NCBI GenBank assembly: GCA_030633595.1
Contig: DAOVSE010000012.1
Coordinates: 1-22,189 of the forward strand
Length of the DNA: 22,189 nt
DNA from: Candidatus Altiarchaeota archaeon
GTDB lineage: Archaea > Altiarchaeota > Altiarchaeia > IMC4 > QMZM01
Direction: 5' to 3'
Each line of letters opens with the position of its first letter. The stretch's first letter is position 1. A model generated the notes under the pieces. The model made no database searches, was not told the DNA's origin, and saw only the letters and a list, made by a program, of their open reading frames with translations. The position numbers and the translations under genes are program-made. Shown here one piece after another: positions 1 to 8,043 of this stretch.

Positions 1-88
1 AAGCAGATGATGATCAATACCATGTCGAACCATGCGGCTTGTCCCTTATTTCCTATTTTCATTTGTTTTTGTTCCAAAAAATTCCCTC

Positions 89-99
89 TTAATATATAT
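89..99 (+). promoter_or_regulatory. Putative archaeal TATA box (ttaatatatat) about 25-30 nt upstream of the ATG at 123, implying a leaderless transcript
   Basis: AT-rich TATA-like octamer at the canonical archaeal distance from the start codon; no purine-rich SD-like stretch in between. Confidence 0.35.
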
Positions 100-122
100 C
101 ATATTCAGGTTATATTAATAAT

Positions 123-1874
123 ATGGAACAATCATTAAAAAGTAAGGGTTTTGCGGTTTCACCCTTCTTTCTCATAGGTTTGATCCTTATAGGCTTGACT
201 CTCTCCGTCTATTTTATACAGGTAAGGGAAAGTTCCACAGATAGCATAGGAATGGAGGGTAGTGTAAATAAGGCCATTCTGGATGTGGAAAAACCCAAGG
301 CTACGATACAATCCGTAACCCTGCTTTCTGCCTATCAGTCCGCTTATGAAGCGGGTCAGGACGGAAAGGATGGAGGGATGGATGAGAATAGGATAAAGAC
401 AAAATTAAAAGGGGACTTGATTACCGACCTGAATTTATTCAAGGATTCTTTGGATGGGGAGTTTGATATTTCCGATGATGTTTTTGAATTCTCGGATGTT
501 ACGATAACTCCCAATGTTGACGATAAAAATGAGGGATTTCTGATAAAAGTAAAACCAAAGCCAACTGTTACCCGGAAAGGAGATAACTTGGTGGTTTCCT
601 CTGAGATGGGGGTAGAGAAATTCGTGGGGGCGAGGATCTTTTTGTTGGAGGAACTCTCCGGGGATCTGGAGAGAGAATTTAAGGAGGACCTGGCGCCATT
701 GATAAGATGTACACTCTCGGGGGTAAGTAGCTGTGATATTATTGGTAATAGAATAAAATGCAGTGGAGATCTTCCAGATCAAAGAGAGATACCCGAGGAC
801 TTTATGCGAAAGGAAAATGAAGTTCAGGAAAAGATCCACGAGAGCCTTCTCGAATTGGAGAGTAAGGTGGCGAATGAAAACGCCCTTACATATTTAACAG
901 ATGAGAATGTAACACTGAAATTCGAGATAGATAAGATAAGTGCTAAAATAGATAGATATGTGGATTCCTACAGAGAGCACTGTTGCCCAGGAGCTAGGGA
1001 TGAGGAAACGGGAGAATGTACGGAGTGGGATTGGGATTATGACGTTGATTTGGATATAACAGGTAAGATAGAGATTAACGCTTATCTTGTAGACTATGCA
1101 ACCCTGTATGAGTATCAGGAAGGGAAATTCGAGGTCTGCACAGAAGCCCCAGTAACCCTGAAAAATGGAAAAGTTGAACCATTAGAGTACTATCACAAAT
1201 TTACCGTAAATTACGAGGTTCATATAGATTATATCTCTGACTGTGAGCCAAAACAGGTGGTATCTTCTAGCGACTTAACAAACCCAAGTCTTCCATCATA
1301 CAGAGATAACACAGATAGTCTGAGATATGATGGTAATTTTGGAGGATGTATTGGAGGTAGTATCTATGAGGGGATAGATTGTTCTGATACAGACAACTGT
1401 GTGGATGATTGCGGCGGAGATTGCACCGTAACAGATAGCTGCGCGGAGGAGAGATGTTATGAAGGGGATGTCTGGTGTTATGATAACTGCGGTGATCCAG
1501 ATCATCTGAAGGAAAGTTGTCCAGAGGGTTGTGAGGATGGAAGATGTATGGAGGAAGAATTTACCTCAGGTAGTCTAGATATGAAAATTTCTGGGACACA
1601 TGGTGCCCTAGATGATAAGATAGTGGAAACATTGGGTGGAACGAAGCTTGGGGATCTGAACTATAAGACGGCGGGTAAACAAATATGGGTGACTGTGTGT
1701 TCATTAGATAGCATTCCGGATGGTGTGAGGGTTAGGATTGAAGACAGCGATCGCGATGGAAATCTGGATGACTTTGACATCTTGGGGGTAAGGGTATTGG
1801 AGATAAGGGAAAACTTGGATGTTAATGTCCATCTGGGGGATAGTAATCCTGTGGAGGAGTTTAGCTTTGGGTAG
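123..1874 (+). CDS. Membrane-anchored or secreted acidic surface protein with a cysteine-rich module (hypothetical)
   Basis: 583-aa ORF. N-terminal hydrophobic helix (VSPFFLIGLILIGLTLSVYFI) acts as signal anchor. The rest is strongly acidic (D/E-rich). A cluster of about 14 Cys in about 60 aa (DCSDTDNCVDDCGGDCTVTDSCAEERCYEGDVWCYDNCGD...CPEGCEDGRC) lies near aa 420-480. No recognisable enzyme motif. Confidence 0.55.
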   Translation: MEQSLKSKGFAVSPFFLIGLILIGLTLSVYFIQVRESSTDSIGMEGSVNKAILDVEKPKATIQSVTLLSAYQSAYEAGQDGKDGGMDENRIKTKLKGDLITDLNLFKDSLDGEFDISDDVFEFSDVTITPNVDDKNEGFLIKVKPKPTVTRKGDNLVVSSEMGVEKFVGARIFLLEELSGDLEREFKEDLAPLIRCTLSGVSSCDIIGNRIKCSGDLPDQREIPEDFMRKENEVQEKIHESLLELESKVANENALTYLTDENVTLKFEIDKISAKIDRYVDSYREHCCPGARDEETGECTEWDWDYDVDLDITGKIEINAYLVDYATLYEYQEGKFEVCTEAPVTLKNGKVEPLEYYHKFTVNYEVHIDYISDCEPKQVVSSSDLTNPSLPSYRDNTDSLRYDGNFGGCIGGSIYEGIDCSDTDNCVDDCGGDCTVTDSCAEERCYEGDVWCYDNCGDPDHLKESCPEGCEDGRCMEEEFTSGSLDMKISGTHGALDDKIVETLGGTKLGDLNYKTAGKQIWVTVCSLDSIPDGVRVRIEDSDRDGNLDDFDILGVRVLEIRENLDVNVHLGDSNPVEEFSFG

Positions 1875-2925
1875 AATTCTTATGTAACTTTTCGATAATG
1901 AGATAGGCTAATATAGCATAAATAAAGCCTATCAGGATATCTATGATATAGTGTTCTCCCAGATAAACAGAAGAAAGCCCAACACTCAATGGAAGAAGAA
2001 TCAGGGGCAGGGCTTTTCTACTCCACCTAACAGCAAAGAGAAATAGAATGGATGGATAGGCAGCATGCAGGGAGGGTATGGCCGCTACCGGGTTGGAGTT
2101 TACCAATATGTAGATGGAGGGTAAACCCTTGGGGATAAATGCATTCTCTTGATTAATTTCTGAAAGAATTCTATCTATTCCAGATATGTATCCCTTCTCT
2201 TGTGCCAACCAAGGAGGAGCCGAGGGAAAAAGCAAAAATGTAATCAAGGCTGCATAAGAAACCAGAATCATGCAATCTCTGAATTTTATAAATAAGTTCC
2301 TATCTTTCATCCATAAAAAAACGGCAAATAGTACAGCAGGTGTGAAGTGCAGAAAGTAAAGATTTACAGCTAGGACATCATAGCCATTAATTATTCCCGG
2401 GTGAAAAAAATTCTCCTGTAACCAACGAGTGGGAAGATGACCCAGAAATAGGGCTTTTTCAGCAGAGATTAATCCCTGGTAACAGACCGTGGAACCGAGA
2501 TCATCTGCTATTCCTCGCATAGCATCATAAGCAAATATCAATAGGGCAAATGGTGTCCAATCCGATAAAAATTTCCCCGTTTTTCTCACCAACAGAGTAA
2601 CAAAAATGCCCAAGAAGATCACCTGATCGAGGGTGATTCTCAGGTTATAGTATATTAGGATAAATGATAATGCCAACAAATAGGCTATAGCCCCCATTTT
2701 TGATACGGGATCAAAAGAGTCTTGATCTCCGAGGATTTTCTCAGTAATCTCTGTAATGGAAAGATCGATAACCCCGAAGTAGAAAAGAATTTGATAGAGA
2801 CTATATAAGAGTCCAGTAAATATAAAAAAGAGTCCAGCAGAATCTTTGATAATTACTCCGGTTATTATCAAAGCAAGAGCAATCGTAAAATCCATCAAAC
2901 TAATTTTTTTTTCCACACCTTTCAT
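1861..2925 (-). CDS. Integral membrane protein of the PAP2 superfamily (AUR1/inositolphosphotransferase-like lipid phosphatase/phosphotransferase)
   Basis: 354 aa, multiple TM helices. C-terminal motifs IPSLHAAYP and LGEHYIIDILIG match the PSxH and HxxxD signature of AUR1/PAP2-like enzymes. The ORF-track start at 2925 may be overcalled. An internal Met at 2895 (MDFTIALAL) fits a leaderless start better. Confidence 0.5.
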   Translation of the reverse strand: MKGVEKKISLMDFTIALALIITGVIIKDSAGLFFIFTGLLYSLYQILFYFGVIDLSITEITEKILGDQDSFDPVSKMGAIAYLLALSFILIYYNLRITLDQVIFLGIFVTLLVRKTGKFLSDWTPFALLIFAYDAMRGIADDLGSTVCYQGLISAEKALFLGHLPTRWLQENFFHPGIINGYDVLAVNLYFLHFTPAVLFAVFLWMKDRNLFIKFRDCMILVSYAALITFLLFPSAPPWLAQEKGYISGIDRILSEINQENAFIPKGLPSIYILVNSNPVAAIPSLHAAYPSILFLFAVRWSRKALPLILLPLSVGLSSVYLGEHYIIDILIGFIYAILAYLIIEKLHKNSTQS

Positions 2926-2928
2926 CTT

Positions 2929-2938
2929 AAGCTTAAAT
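2929..2938 (+). promoter_or_regulatory. Putative TATA box (gcttaaataa) in the divergent promoter region between the PAP2-like and GT-C genes
   Basis: AT-rich TATA-like element about 25 nt upstream of the internal ATG at 2961 of the GT-C gene. Oligo-A/T stretch at 2904-2916 could serve the opposite gene. Confidence 0.25.
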
Positions 2939-2939
2939 A

Positions 2940-4271
2940 ATGAGGCTGAGATTAATTAATATGGAAATTGGGAAAATCGCATATTTATACATTATCTTGG
3001 TTTCTTTGCTATCTATAATAATATTTCCCATCATCTCTACCAGCTTACTAGATCATGACGTCTTTTTTCATTTGCTGGTCTCTAAAGAGATGATCAAAGA
3101 GAAAACCCCTTTTCTTTTACACGAACCATGGACTACTACACTAGAAACTCTTAGTTATCCGCCCCTCTTTCATTGGGTCCTCGTGCTTTTCTCCCTCTTT
3201 GGTTTTCTTCCCATGGAAAATTTAGCCTTGTTTTTTCAAATTATTTTTTATCCCCTGGCCTTGTTAACCTTTTATCAACTGACCTCTTATATGGAAGACA
3301 GGAAAACCGGATTTATAGCTGTAATTATTCTCTCCCTCTATTTTCCTTTTTTTGCTAGAACACATCTTGCCATCCCTGAAGCTCTGCAGCACATCTTTAT
3401 TCCACTCGTCTTCCTATCGTATTTAAAGGGCAGGGAGAAGTTATGTGGATTGTTCTCTTTATTCCTTTTTCTGAATCACAACCTGGATGCATTTTTAATC
3501 CTATTGATTATTGGAATACACTGGCTATTTTATAAAAGAGGGAAATTTGCCATGTTAAATACCCTGTTAATTTCTTCTCCCGGAATAATTTTACAGTTAT
3601 ATTCCCATTTCTCTTTCACTGACCCTATTGAAAATATTTTTTCTAAGCTAGGAAACACCAGCTCCATAGATCTGAGCCTAGCTCTCCTCAGTAGTGGTAT
3701 TCTATTTCTTATAGGTGTGTGGGCTCTTTTAAAATATAGAAAAGGAATTAATCCGCTCCTTATTCTGTGGTTTTTAGGAACCTTAATAATTCTATTCTCT
3801 TACAGAGCTGCTCGTTTTCCCGCTTATCTGGGTCCTCCCGCCAGCATTATTATCGCCATGGCTCTTTTAAAAGAATTTAAAACTGAAGGGAGATTTTCTC
3901 TTGCTTTTCCAATCGTGGGATTAATCGCAATAAGTATTTATACTTCCGCGATCTTCTTTCCGTTCTGTTATGACTTTTATGGACCTGGGATAAATGAAGT
4001 AGAGGAATCATCCTATCAATGGATAAAAAGCAATCTTACAGGAAGATCCATCTTTTTTGTGGGGTCCCATGGTTATAAATTGGTTTATTTTACCGACCAG
4101 AAAGTGATAAGAGATGGGGGAGGGGGTGAATATTTATTCTCTAATCTCCCCCACTACTCTCCAGACGAAGGATGGAGATTAATAAGAGATTTCGGGGAAT
4201 ACAGAACTCGGAGGTGGGGGATATATCAAGTATGGGAAGACTATAAGTTATATGTCAGGGTAATAGAATAG
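2940..4271 (+). CDS. GT-C fold membrane glycosyltransferase (PMT_2/ArnT-like, GT39/83-type, dolichyl/polyprenyl-phosphate-sugar dependent)
   Basis: 443 aa with about 10 TM helices. First extracytoplasmic loop carries an acidic DxD-like motif (LLDHDVFF) followed by the conserved YPPLFHW (hPPL) motif typical of ArnT/PMT-like GT-C enzymes. C-terminal soluble region present. The true start is possibly the Met at 2961 (MEIGKIAY). Confidence 0.5.
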   Translation: MRLRLINMEIGKIAYLYIILVSLLSIIIFPIISTSLLDHDVFFHLLVSKEMIKEKTPFLLHEPWTTTLETLSYPPLFHWVLVLFSLFGFLPMENLALFFQIIFYPLALLTFYQLTSYMEDRKTGFIAVIILSLYFPFFARTHLAIPEALQHIFIPLVFLSYLKGREKLCGLFSLFLFLNHNLDAFLILLIIGIHWLFYKRGKFAMLNTLLISSPGIILQLYSHFSFTDPIENIFSKLGNTSSIDLSLALLSSGILFLIGVWALLKYRKGINPLLILWFLGTLIILFSYRAARFPAYLGPPASIIIAMALLKEFKTEGRFSLAFPIVGLIAISIYTSAIFFPFCYDFYGPGINEVEESSYQWIKSNLTGRSIFFVGSHGYKLVYFTDQKVIRDGGGGEYLFSNLPHYSPDEGWRLIRDFGEYRTRRWGIYQVWEDYKLYVRVIE

Positions 4272-4489
4272 CTCCAGACTATATCGATAGCTGAGAAGTT
4301 GTCACAGGAATTCTGCAGTAAATTCGGATTCCTGATGTATTGTAAATTCGATACCGACATAACTGAGATTATGTTGATGATTTTGCTCTTGGAGCAAGCC
4401 AGAGTTGGAACATATATGGATTCGGGCATAGCAAGTCTTCTTCCGATTTAGGTTATTTCTATTATACCTAATATTTTTAGGTAATCCTA

Positions 4490-4497
4490 TTTATATA
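4490..4497 (+). promoter_or_regulatory. Putative TATA box (tttatata) for the small-ORF/SPFH operon
   Basis: TATA-like octamer centred about 25 nt upstream of the ATG at 4519, consistent with a leaderless archaeal mRNA. Confidence 0.35.
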
Positions 4498-4518
4498 CCT
4501 AACGACAATATAGTTAGT

Positions 4519-4698
4519 ATGCTAAACAATAGAGGACATTTCACACCGATATCGAGTTTGTTTCGAATAATCACGATAGCATTGATGCTCATTCTCCTGG
4601 ACATGGCGACGAGGGGAACATTACCAGATCCTGGAGTCATGGGTATTTTTGCGGGGATTGCCATAATTACAACACTGGTGAGCTTTATCCCTATTTAG
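4519..4698 (+). CDS. Small hydrophobic 2-TM protein (59 aa), first gene of the SPFH operon; possible minimal NfeD-like partner
   Basis: Unlisted ORF just below the 60-aa cutoff: MLNNRGHFTPISSLFRIITIALMLILLDMATRGTLPDPGVMGIFAGIAIITTLVSFIPI. Two predicted TM helices. Preceded by the TATA box above and followed 33 nt later by the SPFH gene. Confidence 0.3.
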   Translation: MLNNRGHFTPISSLFRIITIALMLILLDMATRGTLPDPGVMGIFAGIAIITTLVSFIPI

Positions 4699-4731
4699 TT
4701 ATTTATTTAGTCAAAAAAGAATATTCTATTG

Positions 4732-5952
4732 ATGGCATTGATTCCGATCGAGGAGGAAGAGATTCCAGAAGAAGCCAAAAGGGGGATAGTTATAGAAGAA
4801 AAGAAAAGTGCAATTCCATACTGGCAGGCTGCAATTTTTATTCCGATCTTCATAGTTCTGCTGTCTTTATTGATACTATTTCCCGGAGCAACGATCCCGA
4901 TTTATGGGGAAATAAGCGTTAGAATTGGCACTCTGATTTTATTAGTTATACTCGTCTTAGCTGCTTTGATGCTACCGAAAGCCATTGTAAGACTCCTGGA
5001 GTACGAAAGAGCTGTTGTCTTTAGGCTCGGTAAGTTTAGTAGAGTTGCTGGTCCCGGTTGGGTGATCATATTTCCCATAATGGAAAACTATGTAGTAGTT
5101 AGTTTGAGATTGCAGGTTTATACCGTAGATCCCCAGGAGGTTGTAACAAGGGATAAGGTGAGGTTTCTAGTCTCACCAGAAATTTTTATGTATGTTTCAA
5201 ATCCAAAGGATGCGGTCATAAATGTACAGGACTATGAGGGTGCAGTTCTTCAATATATAAACTCTGCATTAACGCATATCTGTGGAAATTCCGCCTCGGA
5301 TTATATCATATCGCATATGGATGATGTAAGTCACAAACTGGAGGACTCGATACATCATATATCAAACCTGCCGGGAAAGGAGTGGGGCGTTACCATACCA
5401 CGGGTTAAATTAACTCTGGTTAGATTTCCGGATAAGGTACAGGATGCCATGCACGAGAAGGTTGCTTCTGAACAATTAAAGTTAGCAGCTCATGAGAAGG
5501 CAGAGGCAACGAAGATAGAGATAGATGCGATCCGGGAGGCCGGATCCAAGCTTACCGACCCCGCAATTACCTATATGTATTTGGAGGCATTAGATAAGGT
5601 CGCAAGGGGAAGGGCAACAAAGATAATATTGCCATTGGAAATTTCTAAGATTGCAGAGACAATAACGAGAAGGACGGGAGCTCCTGTTGATGAGATACCC
5701 CAGATTCAGATACCCTCTGGAGTGATTGAACAATATAAAGGGACTATTGATAACTATGAGAAGAGAATTAAAAGCATAGAAAGCAGGTTAGAGACAAGAG
5801 ATAAAGAGCAGAAAGGGTTAACAGAGAAGATAAAGGATTATGAAAAAGAAGTTGGAGCACCGTCTGAAAAGAAAATTTCTATGAAAGAGAAAGAAAAATA
5901 CAAAAAAAGGATTAGAGAGATTAAAAAAAGATTAGGTGTGAAAAGTAGATGA
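4732..5952 (+). CDS. SPFH/band-7 (stomatin/prohibitin-like) membrane scaffold protein with C-terminal coiled coil
   Basis: Two N-terminal TM segments, then the characteristic SPFH core (RAVVFRLGKFSRVAGPGWVIIFPIMENYVVVSLRLQVYTVDPQEVVTRDKV...). Long Lys/Glu-rich helical tail. Track start at 4729 is a TTG. The first ATG is at 4732. Confidence 0.8.
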   Translation: MALIPIEEEEIPEEAKRGIVIEEKKSAIPYWQAAIFIPIFIVLLSLLILFPGATIPIYGEISVRIGTLILLVILVLAALMLPKAIVRLLEYERAVVFRLGKFSRVAGPGWVIIFPIMENYVVVSLRLQVYTVDPQEVVTRDKVRFLVSPEIFMYVSNPKDAVINVQDYEGAVLQYINSALTHICGNSASDYIISHMDDVSHKLEDSIHHISNLPGKEWGVTIPRVKLTLVRFPDKVQDAMHEKVASEQLKLAAHEKAEATKIEIDAIREAGSKLTDPAITYMYLEALDKVARGRATKIILPLEISKIAETITRRTGAPVDEIPQIQIPSGVIEQYKGTIDNYEKRIKSIESRLETRDKEQKGLTEKIKDYEKEVGAPSEKKISMKEKEKYKKRIREIKKRLGVKSR

Positions 5953-6245
5953 GGATCAAAATGACCGAGGAAAGAATAGATACCAACAACATCTATGTGG
6001 ATGAGAGGGGGGTTTTTGTTTCTATCCGCGTAAATCCCAAGTTGTACAAGAAGCATGTTATCATGAGGGCAGCAGATGATCTCCTACATGAGGAAAAGGA
6101 TATAGATGTTGTTATCACTGGTGATCCAGAAACGGAGATAATAGTTAAATTCATACCCAAGGAGGGTAGAGGAAGCAAAGAAGAACTGCTAAGGATAGCA
6201 TACAGCTTTAATAGTTTGCTGGTAGCGACCTCTGGAAAGGGTTGA
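5949..6245 (+). CDS. Hypothetical 98-aa soluble protein, translationally coupled to the SPFH gene (ATGA overlap)
   Basis: Balanced amino-acid composition. Start overlaps the SPFH stop (atgA). No recognisable motif. Alternative start at 5961. Confidence 0.5.
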   Translation: MRIKMTEERIDTNNIYVDERGVFVSIRVNPKLYKKHVIMRAADDLLHEEKDIDVVITGDPETEIIVKFIPKEGRGSKEELLRIAYSFNSLLVATSGKG

Positions 6246-6276
6246 TCTAGAATTTTTTCTAAACGTTTTAACGTGG

Positions 6277-8037
6277 ATGATGGATAGATTCCCTAGGTTT
6301 TTTAAAGAGGAAGAGGAATGGAAGAGCCTGGAGATAAAACCAAAGCAATTCGAAGATATAGTTTCAAGACTTCTATCTGAATTCAATCTGGATCTTCAGG
6401 AACTGGAAAAGATCGAAGAAGGGGATACTATAGCTATTGCTATAAATAAACTTGGGGAAGAAACAAAATCGCTGGTTAGGACGAGGTCCTATACAATTGG
6501 CCTGGAGATGGAGGATGTTGAGGACCTATATGAGGACATGTTAAGGAACAAAGCTATAAGCGCAATTTTCATAACGAGCTCGCATTTTACAAAGGAGGCA
6601 AAGGAGTTTGCAAAACACGTTCCCATCAAGCTGGTAGATGGGGTTGAACTGGGAAAACTTCTATCAGAATATGGGGTGCCAACGACAGAGTTGGCATTCC
6701 TCTCGGGATTTACTGACAAAAAGGTATTGGGATACTTCAAAAGGCAACGGGCAAAGAAGTTTCTCGGTCTGTTCGGTTCCAGAGAGACGATAGAGGAGAT
6801 AGATAGAATGTACATACCCATGGGTCAATTCTCCATGAAAAAGACAACAAGAGATCTGGAAACAAGTAGTTATTTATATGTGGATCTGACCAGTGGAAGT
6901 GTCTTTCATATGGAAGAAAACAGAATAGAGGAGGATGACTTCATCAAGAGGATACTTGACCTCCCGGAGGAATCGAGAGTACATTTGTTGGATCTGATAA
7001 AGCACGGGGAGCTGGAGCATGAGCACCTGAAAGGCAAAGCGTTGGATATACTGGAGAAGGAGAGATTGATCGGGATTCGGGGTAAGAATGAGGGTGGGGG
7101 TGTTTTGAATATACTTATGAATGAGATAACAAGCACCATGAATATTTTCATTGGGGGGCTCACCTCCATCAGCAGTAAAGAAACGAGCGCTAAAGAAAGG
7201 GAGATAACAACAACCAAATATGTTAGAGCGCGGATAGATAAACCAGTTATAGATGCATCCTTTGACATAGGGCATTTCATAGAATCCAGTACGGAGATCA
7301 ATCCGGAATTTGATCCAGACCCAGTAAACTACTCACCTGAAGATGTAGTTGATGTGTTGAAAAGGATATATAAAGGAAATGATGTATCCTTTGTGAAGAT
7401 GGCATACCTACCGTACTACAGATGCAAATATATAATAGATACAGGAAGAGAAAGATTCAAAAAGCTTTTTACCCCAAAATTCAAACAATTCGTTCCTAAG
7501 CCAACGGCATATACCTGGATCTATAGGACTATAGACAGATTTCCTGCAATTCCATATCTAATAATTGCTTTGGGATATTTGCTTTTAGATCTGGGTAAAT
7601 TGAAAAAAATCCATGTATTGTCATCTGCATTCATATTTCTCTCCATAGCCGTAATTATGGGGGTTTTACTCAAGGTAATCTTCAAGACTGAGAGAAAGAT
7701 TCCAAGATACGGTGGTACCATTGTAAAATACGGATTTCCCTCCATACATGCCCTGGCATCGATTGGGGCCATTGCTTTTGTCTACTTCGTGGACCCCATG
7801 TTCGCATTGCTTTTAGCCCCTCTGGGTTTGCTGTATATGTATTCGAGAATAAAACTCGGAGTACATAGTGAAAGGGACATTTTAGGTGGAGCAATAACGG
7901 GCTTGATAATAGGTATATTCTGCGGTATCTACATTCTTCTAGGAATTTATCTGGAACCCGATATAGAGACAGTATTAGGAGTTCTATTCTTCGTTGCTCT
8001 CTTAACGTTGACCACAATAGAGCTGAGAACGCGGTAA
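6277..8037 (+). CDS. Fusion protein: N-terminal Mrr-like restriction-endonuclease-fold domain (PD-(D/E)xK family), long cytoplasmic middle region, C-terminal PAP2 (type 2 phosphatidic acid phosphatase) membrane domain
   Basis: N-terminus FEDIVSRLLSEF...GDTIAIAINK...SLVRTRSY...AIFITSSHFTKEAKEFAK...IKLVDGVELGKLL follows the Mrr_cat pattern FEELVAELL...DGGID...VQCKRY...VTTSGFTKEA...LIDGEEL. C-terminal 5 TM helices carry the PAP2 motifs KTERKIPRY, FPSIHALAS (PSGH) and SRIKLGVHSERDILGGA (SRxxxxxHxxxD). Confidence 0.6.
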   Translation: MMDRFPRFFKEEEEWKSLEIKPKQFEDIVSRLLSEFNLDLQELEKIEEGDTIAIAINKLGEETKSLVRTRSYTIGLEMEDVEDLYEDMLRNKAISAIFITSSHFTKEAKEFAKHVPIKLVDGVELGKLLSEYGVPTTELAFLSGFTDKKVLGYFKRQRAKKFLGLFGSRETIEEIDRMYIPMGQFSMKKTTRDLETSSYLYVDLTSGSVFHMEENRIEEDDFIKRILDLPEESRVHLLDLIKHGELEHEHLKGKALDILEKERLIGIRGKNEGGGVLNILMNEITSTMNIFIGGLTSISSKETSAKEREITTTKYVRARIDKPVIDASFDIGHFIESSTEINPEFDPDPVNYSPEDVVDVLKRIYKGNDVSFVKMAYLPYYRCKYIIDTGRERFKKLFTPKFKQFVPKPTAYTWIYRTIDRFPAIPYLIIALGYLLLDLGKLKKIHVLSSAFIFLSIAVIMGVLLKVIFKTERKIPRYGGTIVKYGFPSIHALASIGAIAFVYFVDPMFALLLAPLGLLYMYSRIKLGVHSERDILGGAITGLIIGIFCGIYILLGIYLEPDIETVLGVLFFVALLTLTTIELRTR

Positions 8038-8043
8038 TAAATT

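Noticed and set aside
1296-1505. Minus ORF 1296..1505 and 435..839 inside ORF1
   Set aside because: Antisense to the Cys-rich surface protein gene. Composition is driven by the complement of acidic and Cys codons.
4241-4429. Minus ORF 4241..4429 (62 aa) and the 4272-4518 intergenic region as possible ncRNA/tRNA
   Set aside because: No tRNA T-loop/acceptor features. No convincing stable structure beyond a 6-bp hairpin. The ORF overlaps the GT-C gene stop and has no motif.
6489-8017. Minus-strand ORFs 6489..6821, 6874..7275, 6906..7301, 7521..7772, 7682..8017
   Set aside because: Antisense to the 586-aa Mrr::PAP2 gene. Low-complexity S/L/F-rich translations.
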